A stretch of 64,000 bases of DNA from positions 1,010 through 65,009 of the forward strand of contig JAYQTH010000001.1 of NCBI GenBank assembly GCA_038147295.1, in the 5' to 3' direction. Below are positions 1 through 9,467 of this stretch, one piece after another (position 1 is the first letter of the stretch; each line of letters opens with the position of its first letter). A program made the position numbers and the translations under genes. The notes beneath the pieces were generated by a model that had not been told where the DNA came from, searched no databases, and saw only the letters and a program-made list of their open reading frames with translations. This DNA is from Gammaproteobacteria bacterium. Its GTDB lineage: Bacteria > Pseudomonadota > Gammaproteobacteria > Magnimaribacterales > TMED112.

Positions 1-224
1 GTGATGACCCCTCCAGGGGAATTAATGTATAAATAAATGTCTTTTTTTGGATCCTCAGATTCAAGGAAAAGCAATTGAGCCACAACCAGATTAGCGACGT
101 AGTCATCAATCCCGCCAACAATAAAAATTATCCTGTCCTTAAGAAGTCTAGAAAAAATATCAAATGCTCTTTCACCGCGAGATGATTGCTCAACAACCAT
201 TGGTACTAAATTATTTTCAAACAT
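1..224 (-). CDS. clpP: ATP-dependent Clp protease proteolytic subunit, 5' part (runs off window start)
   Basis: Manual translation from ATG at 224: [34 protein letters not shown]...[28 protein letters not shown], the canonical ClpP N-terminus; not in the ORF track. Confidence 0.96.
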   Translation of the reverse strand, partial: MFENNLVPMVVEQSSRGERAFDIFSRLLKDRIIFIVGGIDDYVANLVVAQLLFLESEDPKKDIYLYINSPGGVI

Positions 225-334
225 ACTTTTAATATAGTGCAGATTAAATATAAATCAATATATCAGCTAAAATCGCAAAACTTCTTGATGATTTGTAGAA
301 ACTTGGGTTTCTTTTGTTAAAACATGATGTAAAT

Positions 335-412
335 TGGGGTGGACGAAGGGGGTTGAACCCTCGACCTCCGGTGCCACAAACCGGCGCTCTAACCAACTGA
401 GCTACGCCCACC
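335..412 (-). tRNA. tRNA-His(GUG)
   Basis: Reverse complement GGTGGGCGTAGCTCAGTTGGTTAGAGCGCCGGTTTGTGGCACCGGAGGTCGAGGGTTCAACCCCCTTCGTCCACCCCA; anticodon GTG, extra G-1, encoded CCA. Confidence 0.96.
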
Positions 413-439
413 ATTTTTTCGTGTGTTTTAGAAGAAAAA

Positions 440-448
440 ATTATATCA
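440..448 (-). promoter_or_regulatory. Extended -10 promoter (TGnTATAAT) for tRNA-His
   Basis: Minus strand reads TGATATAAT, ending 27 nt upstream of the tRNA 5' end. Confidence 0.55.
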
Positions 449-472
449 TTATCACCAACAAGGGGTAATAAC

Positions 473-1873
473 ATGGGGGCAAATAATCTATTTTTAAAGA
501 GCATTACTAAGATGTTCGATAATGCCGTTGATATACTTGGCATTGAGCCAGGTTTAGCAAAGCAAATACGATCTTGCAACAATACATATACAGTAAGGTT
601 TGGCGTAAAACTAAAGAAAGGGATCGAGGTATTTACTGGCTACAGAGCTGTTCATTCAGAACACCTAGAGCCTGTAAAGGGTGGTATAAGATATGCTCCA
701 AACGTAACTGCATCCGAAGTTGAAGCTATGGCAGCCTTAATGACATATAAAAATGCTGTAGTCGATGTTCCTTTTGGGGGCTCAAAAGGTGGCTTAAAAA
801 TAAATCCAAAAAAATACGATGTGGAAGATTTAGAAAAAATCACAAGACGTTTTACTGAAGAATTATCAAAAAGAGGATTAATCTCACCCAGCTTAAATGT
901 TCCCGCTCCTGATATGGGTACAAGTGAACGAGAGATGGCATGGATAGCTGATGAATATAGAAGACTAAACCCTCATGAAATAAATGCATTTGCTTGTGTT
1001 ACTGGCAAACCTATTGGAATGGGTGGTGTGAATGGTAGAACCGAAGCAACTGGTAGAGGTATTTTTTATGCTCTAAATGCATTCTTTAACAGTAAAGATA
1101 TCAAGAAATCTTCTATCAAGGGCAAGCTCAGCTCACAGAAAATAATTGTTGAAGGTCTTGGTAAGGTGGGTTACCACGCAGCAGCATGTCTAAAAGAGCA
1201 TGGGTGTAGAATTATTGGGGTTATTGAAAGGGACATAGCTTTTCATGATCCTAAGGGCCTGGATCTAGATTTAATCAAATCATGGATGGCTGAATCAAGA
1301 CAGAAGGAGGATTTTCCTAACCCTGAACAACTCAAATCTAGAGAAGAAGTTTTCGCTGCCGAATGTGATATTTTTATACCTGCAGCACAAGAAGGAACTG
1401 TTACTGAAGAAAATCATAACCAGCTTAATGCAAAAATTATCTGCGAAGGTGCTAATGGCCCTTTAACATCAAGAGCGGATTACTACTTAAATAAAAAAGG
1501 TGTGATGATCATCCCAGATCTTTACGCAAATGCTGGGGGTGTTGCAGTCAGTTACTTTGAATGGGTAAGAAACTTATCACACATGAGATTTGGCAGAATG
1601 GAAAAAAGAAGAAAGCAATATGAAAATGCTTCTTTGATTAACATTATTGAAAATACTACTGGATCGAGAGTCTCTCAGCGAGAAAAATCCATGTTCAGTG
1701 CTGGGAGTTCTGAAATAGACCTAGTTCGATCTGGGCTTGAAGATATGATGACAGAGGCTTATGAAAATATGAGTGAAATATGGAATACAAATAATTATCC
1801 CTCACTAAGAACAACCGCTTACATCTATTCCATTCAAAAGTTAGTTAACTCACATAAGAGCATAGGAATCTAA
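473..1873 (+). CDS. gdhA: Glu/Leu/Phe/Val dehydrogenase, probably glutamate dehydrogenase
   Basis: KGGIRY, VPFGGSKGG, PAPDMGT, GRTEATGRG, GLGKVG, EGANGP and NAGGVAVSYFEW motifs. Confidence 0.92.
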   Translation: MGANNLFLKSITKMFDNAVDILGIEPGLAKQIRSCNNTYTVRFGVKLKKGIEVFTGYRAVHSEHLEPVKGGIRYAPNVTASEVEAMAALMTYKNAVVDVPFGGSKGGLKINPKKYDVEDLEKITRRFTEELSKRGLISPSLNVPAPDMGTSEREMAWIADEYRRLNPHEINAFACVTGKPIGMGGVNGRTEATGRGIFYALNAFFNSKDIKKSSIKGKLSSQKIIVEGLGKVGYHAAACLKEHGCRIIGVIERDIAFHDPKGLDLDLIKSWMAESRQKEDFPNPEQLKSREEVFAAECDIFIPAAQEGTVTEENHNQLNAKIICEGANGPLTSRADYYLNKKGVMIIPDLYANAGGVAVSYFEWVRNLSHMRFGRMEKRRKQYENASLINIIENTTGSRVSQREKSMFSAGSSEIDLVRSGLEDMMTEAYENMSEIWNTNNYPSLRTTAYIYSIQKLVNSHKSIGI

Positions 1874-1879
1874 AGAAAT

Positions 1880-1956
1880 TGGCGCGCCAGGGAGGATTCG
1901 AACCCCCGACCAATAGCTTAGAAGGCTACTGCTCTATCCAGCTGAGCTACTGGCGC
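1880..1956 (-). tRNA. tRNA-Arg(UCU)
   Basis: GCGCCAGTAGCTCAGCTGGATAGAGCAGTAGCCTTCTAAGCTATTGGTCGGGGGTTCGAATCCTCCCTGGCGCGCCA; anticodon TCT, CCA end. Confidence 0.96.
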
Positions 1957-2033
1957 TGGTCGGGGCAGCAGGATTTGAACCTGCGACCACCTGGTCCCAA
2001 ACCAGGTGCGCTACCAGACTGCGCTATGCCCCG
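1957..2033 (-). tRNA. tRNA-Pro(UGG)
   Basis: CGGGGCATAGCGCAGTCTGGTAGCGCACCTGGTTTGGGACCAGGTGGTCGCAGGTTCAAATCCTGCTGCCCCGACCA; anticodon TGG, CCA end. Confidence 0.96.
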
Positions 2034-2082
2034 AAAGGGAAATCATATAAACTATGTGCTTTAACTTCAAGCAAAAAATTTA

Positions 2083-2937
2083 ATGGCAAACCCTATTATT
2101 CTTGATGGAAAATCTCTTGCTAAAAAAAGCAATCTTGAAATTGCTAAACGAACAAATATTCTAACTGACAGATTCAAGAGACCCCCTGCCCTAGCAGCAA
2201 TAATTGTTGGAGAAGATCCAGCATCAAAAACCTATGTGTCCATGAAAGAGAAAGCATGCAAATCTCTCGGAGTCAAAACAATTACACATCATGTTCCAGA
2301 ACAGTCAACAACGGACGAACTATTAGAGCTTATTGAAGCTTTAAATCAAGATAGTTCAGTCGATGGCATACTTTTACAACACCCTGCTCCTAAACATATC
2401 GATGAACAAAAATGCTTTAATGCAATAGCCTTGCACAAGGATGTAGATGGAGTTTCTACCAATGGCTATGGAAATATGGCAATGGGACTTGAAGCTTTTA
2501 AATCCTGTACGCCATTTGGGATAATGCGTTTATTAAAAAATTTCCAAATCGATTGTAGTGGGAAGCTTGCCCTTGTAATCGGTAGAAGTCAGATTTTAGG
2601 AAAACCAATGTCTGCTTTATTACTCAATGCCGATGCTACTGTAATTACTGCACATTCAAAAACGAAAAATTTGGAAAAGTTAATTTGCGATGCCGAAATT
2701 GTAGTCGCTGCAGTGGGGATTCCTAAATTCATTAACTGTAAAATGCTGAAGAAAAATTCTGTGTTAGTGGATGCAGGGTATCATCCCTCTGAGAAATGTG
2801 GAGATGTTGACATGGAAGGTATAGAAGATATAGTTTCAGCTTATACACCAGTCCCTGGAGGGGTTGGTCCAATGACAATAAATACTTTGATATTAAACAC
2901 AGTAAATGCAATGGAGAAAAACTGTAGTGAGCAATAA
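2083..2937 (+). CDS. folD: Bifunctional methylenetetrahydrofolate dehydrogenase/cyclohydrolase
   Basis: YVSMK, VDGILLQHP, KDVDG, IGRSQILGKP, TPVPGGVGPMT. Confidence 0.96.
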   Translation: MANPIILDGKSLAKKSNLEIAKRTNILTDRFKRPPALAAIIVGEDPASKTYVSMKEKACKSLGVKTITHHVPEQSTTDELLELIEALNQDSSVDGILLQHPAPKHIDEQKCFNAIALHKDVDGVSTNGYGNMAMGLEAFKSCTPFGIMRLLKNFQIDCSGKLALVIGRSQILGKPMSALLLNADATVITAHSKTKNLEKLICDAEIVVAAVGIPKFINCKMLKKNSVLVDAGYHPSEKCGDVDMEGIEDIVSAYTPVPGGVGPMTINTLILNTVNAMEKNCSEQ

Positions 2938-4657
2938 ACCCATTCCATGTCTGGTTGGCTTTGGAGGCATCACTCCTGCTGGCAGAGCATCACACAACCT
3001 AAGTTACTCAAGGATGACTTATGACTTTCAGTCAGAACAAGAAAAAATAAATTATCTCAAATCTGTACTGTCTCTGTGTGGCCTCATTGATGAAACGCTA
3101 GATAGTTCTGAAATTAATCAATTTGTTAAAAGCAAAGAGGAGGAGGTTTTAAACAATACCCTTATGAGACAACTTGATTACAAGTTTTTTAGGGAAACCT
3201 TTTGGACATATGACTATGAGATGCCAGCAAATGCATGTGCCCAGCTACCTTTTCAACTTGACCCTGTTAAGCACTATGCTTCCAGACAACACCCCAAAGC
3301 GTTAGGAATGTCTATTCTAGGAATCGCTGATGCAATTTCTGATACTGGTCTGGATCTAAAGAAAAACATTGACACCTATGGCCGAGATAAAGTTGGGTGT
3401 TTTGCTGGCTGTGCTGTTATGAATATGGACAGGCACTCAGGGGATGGTCTCTTCGCGTCTCATCCTTTAGGACAAAGAGCAACGTCTAAGCATATCTCTT
3501 TTACTCTACCTGAAATGACAGCAGATTTTATAAATGCTTACGTTACAGGAAGTCTTGGAATAACTGGTCACTTTATAGGGGCATGTGCTACCTCTTTGTA
3601 CAACCTAAATGCTGGAGTAGAGCTAATAAAAAGCGGAAAGAGTGAGTTGGTTATTGTTGGTGCTGCAGAGGCTATCCTAGGACCACCAGCATACATAGGA
3701 TTTAGTGCAATGGGAGCTATGGCAACTGATGAAAGGATGAAAAACCTACAAGCGCTATTGGGTGAAGGAGAAGATCTTAACTATAAAAATTTCTGTCGGC
3801 CATTTGGAGATAATATGGGAATGGTTTGTGGAGAATCAGCAGGCTTTGCTATCTTAATGAGTGACAGATTAGCATTAGAAACCGGTGCCAATATTAGAGG
3901 AGCGTTCTTAAATGTAAATATCAATGCCGATGGTAATAAAAAATCAATTTCAGGTCCTGGAGCAGGTAATTACTTTTCAGTTGGCAAAACTTTTAAAGAT
4001 ATTGAGAAAGTTTTTGGCGAAAAAGTGCTTCAAAACCAATCTTGTTTTATTGCACATGGTACAGGAACCCCACTAAATAGGATTACTGAATCACATATCA
4101 TGTCGACTTTTGCCAAAGAATTTCAGGTAAGCAACATGCCTGTAACTTCAGTAAAATCAAAGTTAGGGCATACTATGGGAACTGCAGGTATGGACCAGAT
4201 ATGGTCAGCTTTAGGTGCCTTGGAAAGCCAAAAACTTTCAGGGATATGCACAATTCCAAAACTTGCAGATGATGTATTCACTGAAAATCTAGATTATTTC
4301 CTAGAGGATAGAGAATTTGAAGATAAAAAAGATATTGTGTTCTTAAATTCAAAAGGTTTTGGCGGCAACAATGCTACATCTGCTCTAATTTCAAAAGACC
4401 TCACATTAGATCTTATTAATCAAAGATATAGCAGTTCTGAGCTTAACAAATGGCAAGAACTACAAGAAAAAACCTTAGAATCCAGAGCAAAAAATAAATT
4501 AGCAGCCATCAATAATGAAATCGAACCAATCTATGAGTTTGATAAAGATGTCCTGGATTTGACAGATTTGGATATCTCTAGAACGAATATCAAAACTTCT
4601 ACCGGTTTTGACTACGAGCTTTCTTCAGACTTAGGGGATGAAGACTATTCAATCTAG
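2927..4657 (+). CDS. Beta-ketoacyl synthase, FabY-like KAS I/II-domain enzyme (likely GTG start at 2927; ORF track starts at 2906)
   Basis: VGFGGITPAGR N-terminus, GACAT catalytic Cys, AHGTGTP, VKSKLGHT, NSKGFGGNN; longer than FabB/FabF, as in Pseudomonas FabY. Confidence 0.8.
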   Translation: MSNKPIPCLVGFGGITPAGRASHNLSYSRMTYDFQSEQEKINYLKSVLSLCGLIDETLDSSEINQFVKSKEEEVLNNTLMRQLDYKFFRETFWTYDYEMPANACAQLPFQLDPVKHYASRQHPKALGMSILGIADAISDTGLDLKKNIDTYGRDKVGCFAGCAVMNMDRHSGDGLFASHPLGQRATSKHISFTLPEMTADFINAYVTGSLGITGHFIGACATSLYNLNAGVELIKSGKSELVIVGAAEAILGPPAYIGFSAMGAMATDERMKNLQALLGEGEDLNYKNFCRPFGDNMGMVCGESAGFAILMSDRLALETGANIRGAFLNVNINADGNKKSISGPGAGNYFSVGKTFKDIEKVFGEKVLQNQSCFIAHGTGTPLNRITESHIMSTFAKEFQVSNMPVTSVKSKLGHTMGTAGMDQIWSALGALESQKLSGICTIPKLADDVFTENLDYFLEDREFEDKKDIVFLNSKGFGGNNATSALISKDLTLDLINQRYSSSELNKWQELQEKTLESRAKNKLAAINNEIEPIYEFDKDVLDLTDLDISRTNIKTSTGFDYELSSDLGDEDYSI

Positions 4658-5652
4658 CCTTTAAGCTTGATATCTTCTTCGATTAACTTGCTTCTAAATA
4701 TTTCTTTGGCTTCCTCAAGACTTTTTGGGGATTCATAAACTGAGATGAGGAAATTAAGAATTTGTAAATTAAGATTAATCTTTTTAGCTTCTTCAAAAAC
4801 AATCAAAGAGGTTTGATAGCCTTCAACTGTATCATTTACTTCTTTTAATGCTTCTTCAACAGAGAAATTTTTGGCTAGCAAAGCACCAAACCTATAGTTT
4901 CTTGAATCTTTTGATAAAGCAGTTGAAAAGAAATCTCCGACTCCTGACAGGCCCAAGAATGTTGAAGAGTTTGCTCCTTTTGCTTGGCTAAATAACCTCA
5001 TTTCTTCTAAACATTTTGTTAAGAGCAGTCCGATTGTATTATCACCAACGCCTTTTTCATGAAAATAGCCAGACACTATTGCATAGATATTTTTTAAAGC
5101 TCCACCCATTTCAACTCCATTCATGTCGTTATTTAAATAAGGTATGAAATAGTTGTTTTTTAAGACTGCAGCAAGCTCATGCAAAATGTCATTATTTTTT
5201 CCTGCCAAGACTGTACCGGTTAACTCAAAATTACTTAACTCTTTTGATAGATTTGGGCCACTTAAGACCACCAATCTATCCTCAGAAACACCAAAATCAG
5301 AATTAAGAATCTCAGTCATCAATTTGCCTGTGCTCTCTTCAAAACCCTTGACACAACTTACAAATACTTGAGAAGACATTCCAGGCACTACAGAACCCAT
5401 CACTTCCCTGAAATCTTTACTAGATACTGAAATTAAAATGTAAACTGCTGAACTTAAATCTGCTACTTCGTTGGTTGCCCAGATATCGCTTGTATTATTA
5501 AACTTAAAGCCTGAGCTACTCTTCTTGTATTTATTAATCGAATTAACTTCAGCTTGCCTTCTTGAGTAAATAATCACTTCATGGCCATTTTCACCCAAAA
5601 TTTGAGCGAGAACTCTGCCAAACTTGCCAGACCCTATGACTGCAATTTTCAT
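4654..5652 (-). CDS. gpsA: NAD(P)H-dependent glycerol-3-phosphate dehydrogenase
   Basis: GSGKFG, LSGPNLS, GGALKNIYAI, GLSGVGD, SRNYRFG. Confidence 0.93.
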   Translation of the reverse strand: MKIAVIGSGKFGRVLAQILGENGHEVIIYSRRQAEVNSINKYKKSSSGFKFNNTSDIWATNEVADLSSAVYILISVSSKDFREVMGSVVPGMSSQVFVSCVKGFEESTGKLMTEILNSDFGVSEDRLVVLSGPNLSKELSNFELTGTVLAGKNNDILHELAAVLKNNYFIPYLNNDMNGVEMGGALKNIYAIVSGYFHEKGVGDNTIGLLLTKCLEEMRLFSQAKGANSSTFLGLSGVGDFFSTALSKDSRNYRFGALLAKNFSVEEALKEVNDTVEGYQTSLIVFEEAKKINLNLQILNFLISVYESPKSLEEAKEIFRSKLIEEDIKLKG

Positions 5653-6617
5653 TTATTATTATTGGAATCCCATCTAATGAAATATGACTTTTCTTTACTT
5701 GATGCAAAGTAGGTTCGACTCAAGATCTCTCCTATGACACCAAGACTAATAAATTGCACACCAACAACCAGTAAAATTGTACCAGCTATTAAGAGAGGTC
5801 TGTCACCAATATCCAACCCATAAAACAATTTTAGTGACACCAAATAACCTAAGATAAGCAGTCCAAAAAAACTCAAGACCAAACCAATTAAACCAAAGAA
5901 ATGACCAGGTCTGCTGAAAAATCTCATAAAAAAGTATACTGAGATAAGGTCTAAGAACACGCGAAAAGTTCGAGAGATACCATATTTTGACTCTCCTGCA
6001 ATTCTGGGATGATGTCTTACTTCAACTTCATCTATTTTATGAGGTGGTATTTTTGTGGCCATCCAGGCTGGAATAAATCTGTGCATTTCTCCATAAAGCT
6101 TAACCTCTTTAAGTATTTCAGAGTTATACGCTTTTAAGCTGCATCCATAATCATTTAACTTAACTTTGGTGATCATTCCTATTAGGTTGTTTGCAATCAT
6201 TGAAGGCAAATTTCGCATAAAGAAATTATCTTTTCTTTGCTTCCTCCATCCCACAACCAGATCCAAATCTTCTTGAATAAGTTTATTAATGATTAAGGGA
6301 ATATCCTTGGGGTCATTTTGCAAATCACTATCGAGTGTTACATAGTACTTGCCATAAGCATTATCAAAACCAGCTTGAATTGCAGGCGTTTGCCCAAAGT
6401 TTTTAGAAAGCGCCAATACTCTTATATTTATTTTTTCTTTGCTGATGGATTTAAGTTTTTCAAGAGAGCCATCATCACTCCCATCATCAATGAGTATTAG
6501 TTCCCAAGACCAATTCTGTGCTGACATTGTTTCTTCAACCGACTTAATAAAGGGATCAATATTTTCTACTTCATTGTAAATTGGTGAAATAATTGAAATA
6601 TCTAAACTTTGTGTCAT
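5649..6617 (-). CDS. GT2 polyprenol-phosphate glycosyltransferase (ArnC/GtrB/DPM-like)
   Basis: PIYNE, DDGSDDGS, NFGQTPA, DSDLQNDP, GESKY and two C-terminal TM helices. Confidence 0.9.
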   Translation of the reverse strand: MTQSLDISIISPIYNEVENIDPFIKSVEETMSAQNWSWELILIDDGSDDGSLEKLKSISKEKINIRVLALSKNFGQTPAIQAGFDNAYGKYYVTLDSDLQNDPKDIPLIINKLIQEDLDLVVGWRKQRKDNFFMRNLPSMIANNLIGMITKVKLNDYGCSLKAYNSEILKEVKLYGEMHRFIPAWMATKIPPHKIDEVEVRHHPRIAGESKYGISRTFRVFLDLISVYFFMRFFSRPGHFFGLIGLVLSFFGLLILGYLVSLKLFYGLDIGDRPLLIAGTILLVVGVQFISLGVIGEILSRTYFASSKEKSYFIRWDSNNNK

Positions 6618-7135
6618 CTTATTCTCTTGTAAATATTATAGAAAGTTATGCCGAGGATTATACCTAAAGCTGCCCCAATGATCACTTGGCTTAATAAATG
6701 CTTGATTAAAAAAACTCTTGATAGTGCCACTGCAGATGCAATAAAGAACAAGGCTGTGGTTAATACTTTTTGTCGCGTCAATAAGTAAAACACTGTGGCA
6801 AAAAGAAAGAAATTAAGTGCATGATTGGAGGGCATTCCAGTTAATCTTGAACCACATGGTTGTTCAATAATGTTAAGCTGTGAAAATACTTCAAAATTTC
6901 CAAAACAAGGTCTTGGCTCCTGAATTAAATCCTTTAGCTGTGCTCCTATCAAGTCGCCAAAAATAAGTGCTAAAAAAACAAAAAGAAGGTCTTTGTATCT
7001 CTTCTGATAAAGCATAAAAAGAGCAAAAATGCCAAACAAAGAAAATGAAAACACTCGTCCAGAAATAAAAGAAAAAAATGTTTCTAATACTTCAATTTCA
7101 GCAAGCCAAATTGAGAAAACTAGATCAAAGCTCAT
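6614..7135 (-). CDS. PAP2-family membrane phosphatase
   Basis: KxxxxxxRP, MPSNH and SRxxxxxHxxxQ motifs; hydrophobic. Confidence 0.85.
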   Translation of the reverse strand: MSFDLVFSIWLAEIEVLETFFSFISGRVFSFSLFGIFALFMLYQKRYKDLLFVFLALIFGDLIGAQLKDLIQEPRPCFGNFEVFSQLNIIEQPCGSRLTGMPSNHALNFFLFATVFYLLTRQKVLTTALFFIASAVALSRVFLIKHLLSQVIIGAALGIILGITFYNIYKRIR

Positions 7136-7830
7136 CAGATATAATCAAATACCTCCATAAAAAATACTCCATACCAAGCACACAATATGATTCCCCATGA
7201 GCTATAAACTGCGATCTTTGATTTATTGATTGTCAGAAAATGCTTTAAAAATAATTCCGTAAACAACCAAGCAAATAAAATGCTGGCCAGCACATCTGAT
7301 AGCCAATGTGCGCCGACAATTACCCTGGTCAATGAAACAACTAATGCACAAAGCACAATAACAAAATAATGCATCTGATATCCTCTAGTATTGGTGAGTG
7401 CAACTTTTAACCAAATTAGGCAAACGATAAAAATTGATGCTGTATGTCCACTCGGAAATGAATTTGATTGAAAAACAGGTTCAAGAAAATTTATATTAAT
7501 ATCACCAACTCCTGCTGGTCTTGGGGCGTTAACTAAGTTTTTTACTAACTGAATAAATAGGCCAAATACCAAGCTGGGGATTACCAAAATACTTGCTGAA
7601 ACAGAATTAATCTTGCTATTAAAATTTGAATAAACAATGAGAGCAGGAATGATAAATGCCGTAATAAAAAAAGCATTTCCCATATCAGTTATTACTGCAA
7701 AGGTTCGTTCATCAAAAAACAATTTATTCAAAGATTTCAGAGCATATAAATCAAGAGCAGGAAATAGTTTTAACGAAATCAGTGCAATTGTTAAGGCCAG
7801 CAAAAAATTTCTTGTTCTAGTTTTCATCAT
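7135..7830 (-). CDS. PAP2-family membrane phosphatase (LpxE/LpxF-like)
   Basis: KNLVNAPRP, FPSGH, TRVIVGAHWLSD. Confidence 0.88.
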   Translation of the reverse strand: MMKTRTRNFLLALTIALISLKLFPALDLYALKSLNKLFFDERTFAVITDMGNAFFITAFIIPALIVYSNFNSKINSVSASILVIPSLVFGLFIQLVKNLVNAPRPAGVGDININFLEPVFQSNSFPSGHTASIFIVCLIWLKVALTNTRGYQMHYFVIVLCALVVSLTRVIVGAHWLSDVLASILFAWLFTELFLKHFLTINKSKIAVYSSWGIILCAWYGVFFMEVFDYI

Positions 7831-9340
7831 ACTTCTGCCTTAGCAAAACATAGTTTCCTCTCTTCTGGATAACCTCATATCTCTGAATATCAACTTTGTC
7901 GATTCGGGTTATAAAATATTCACTATCCTCAATATCTCTTAGATAATTTGTGCTTGAATAAAAAGATAGGGTTGGTTTATTTATTCTATTTACGGCAAAG
8001 CTAATGTTATTTGTTTTTGCATATATACCTAAAGATTTAAGATCTGCTTGCATTACTTTTATAGCCGAGGGAATGATAAAAATGGTTAGGAGGAATGCTT
8101 GAAATAAGGCCATAAATTGTAGTCCCTTAACATATTTATATTTAGCTCTAAGAAGAAAGAAAATTAATAGCAGCCCAAGAATACATGAACCAATAAAAAG
8201 ATAGTTGCCTGAGAATTCTTTAATAAACAAAGATGATGCTTCCATAGAAGGATCAAGGTTATAAACATATTCAAATAAAAACGGTAGGCTTAAATAAAAT
8301 AACAACATCAAGGCATGGGCAAGAAAGTTATTTAAGCTATAGTGTCGGTTGCTTAATAAAGCTGTGTTTTTTTCAATAAAATACACAACAGGTGTTAAAC
8401 CATAAACAAGGTAGTGTGGAAGTTTTGTTGAGGAAAATGAAAAAAATACTAGTACCCACGAGAACCACATTAGGCAAAATAGATCGATAGGTTTTTTTTC
8501 AGCAAAGCTTCTCCTTAATCCTTTAAGGAAATTTAGAAAATAAGGAAAAACTAAAAATGGTAAGAGCAGTAGGTAGTAAAAAACACTTCCTGAATGGCTC
8601 TCCATGGTGTCTGAAAACCTGCCAAACGATTGGCCCAATAAAAGATACTCTATACTGCTAGCCCCTTCTCTCAAAAACAGTACAAGAAACCAAGGTACGA
8701 CAATTAACCCAAAGATAATCCAAGCCTTCGCATTAAAGATAGCAGAAAAAAATCGATCTAATTTTTTAATTATCAAAAAATATAGCAAGGATGCTGGCCC
8801 AATGATTGCTAGAATTGCAAAACCTTTTGTTAGAAAGCCCAGACCTAAATAAAGTGCAGCTCCCAATAAGAATTTTTCTTTTTTTGTATCAGAGTAGTTG
8901 TAGATGTTTATCATAACTAAACATATAAATAGGTTTAAAAATGCATCAGCTGTTGCCACCACCGACATTACTAGAACCCCAGGAAGAGTGAGCAAAGTGA
9001 AGATGTAGTTGCTTTGACTTTTATCAGGCATTTTGTCCTTAATGAATTTTCCAAAGATATAAGCCCATAAAAAAGCTGCAATCAACGATGGTAACCTCAA
9101 AGCAAATTCCGATGCCCCAAAAAGTGAAATCGAACTTACCTGTATCCAATAAGTTAGAATTGGTTTTTCAAGCCTTAAACTATCTCCAAGATAGGGAATA
9201 AAAAATTGGCTCTCTCTAAGCATTTGAAGCGATGTTGCAGCAAATGCACCCTCGTCATAGTCAGTTAAAGTTAAAAAGAGAAGGCTTATGTAAAGAAAAA
9301 ACAGTACGGGTAAAAAGAATTTTTTATTTAGCAGATCCAT
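7817..9340 (-). CDS. ArnT/GT83 (PMT_2)-family GT-C glycosyltransferase (start reassigned to ATG at 9340)
   Basis: [30 protein letters not shown]; multi-TM. Confidence 0.88.
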   Translation of the reverse strand: MDLLNKKFFLPVLFFLYISLLFLTLTDYDEGAFAATSLQMLRESQFFIPYLGDSLRLEKPILTYWIQVSSISLFGASEFALRLPSLIAAFLWAYIFGKFIKDKMPDKSQSNYIFTLLTLPGVLVMSVVATADAFLNLFICLVMINIYNYSDTKKEKFLLGAALYLGLGFLTKGFAILAIIGPASLLYFLIIKKLDRFFSAIFNAKAWIIFGLIVVPWFLVLFLREGASSIEYLLLGQSFGRFSDTMESHSGSVFYYLLLLPFLVFPYFLNFLKGLRRSFAEKKPIDLFCLMWFSWVLVFFSFSSTKLPHYLVYGLTPVVYFIEKNTALLSNRHYSLNNFLAHALMLLFYLSLPFLFEYVYNLDPSMEASSLFIKEFSGNYLFIGSCILGLLLIFFLLRAKYKYVKGLQFMALFQAFLLTIFIIPSAIKVMQADLKSLGIYAKTNNISFAVNRINKPTLSFYSSTNYLRDIEDSEYFITRIDKVDIQRYEVIQKRGNYVLLRQKYDEN

Positions 9341-9467
9341 TTTTTGATCTTTTGCACCTTTCACTACAGTAAATCACATTTTCCCAATCTCTGCTCCATT
9401 TTTTTCGCCAATTAAAACTTCTATTGCATACAGGACATGTCTTTGCTGGAAGATTGGTTTTTTTCAA
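9324..9467 (-). CDS. DUF2256-family small Cys4 protein (47 aa), missed by the ORF track
   Basis: TTG start overlapping the upstream TGA; [47 protein letters not shown] matches the LPxKxCxxCxRxFxWRKKWxxxWxxVxYCSxRC signature. Confidence 0.9.
   Translation of the reverse strand: MKKTNLPAKTCPVCNRSFNWRKKWSRDWENVIYCSERCKRSKNGSAK

Noticed and set aside
244-582. 112-aa minus-strand ORF
   Set aside because: Runs through tRNA-His and antisense to gdhA; the MVGVAQLVRAP segment is translated tRNA
1879-2064. 61-aa plus-strand ORF
   Set aside because: It is the antisense of tRNA-Arg and tRNA-Pro
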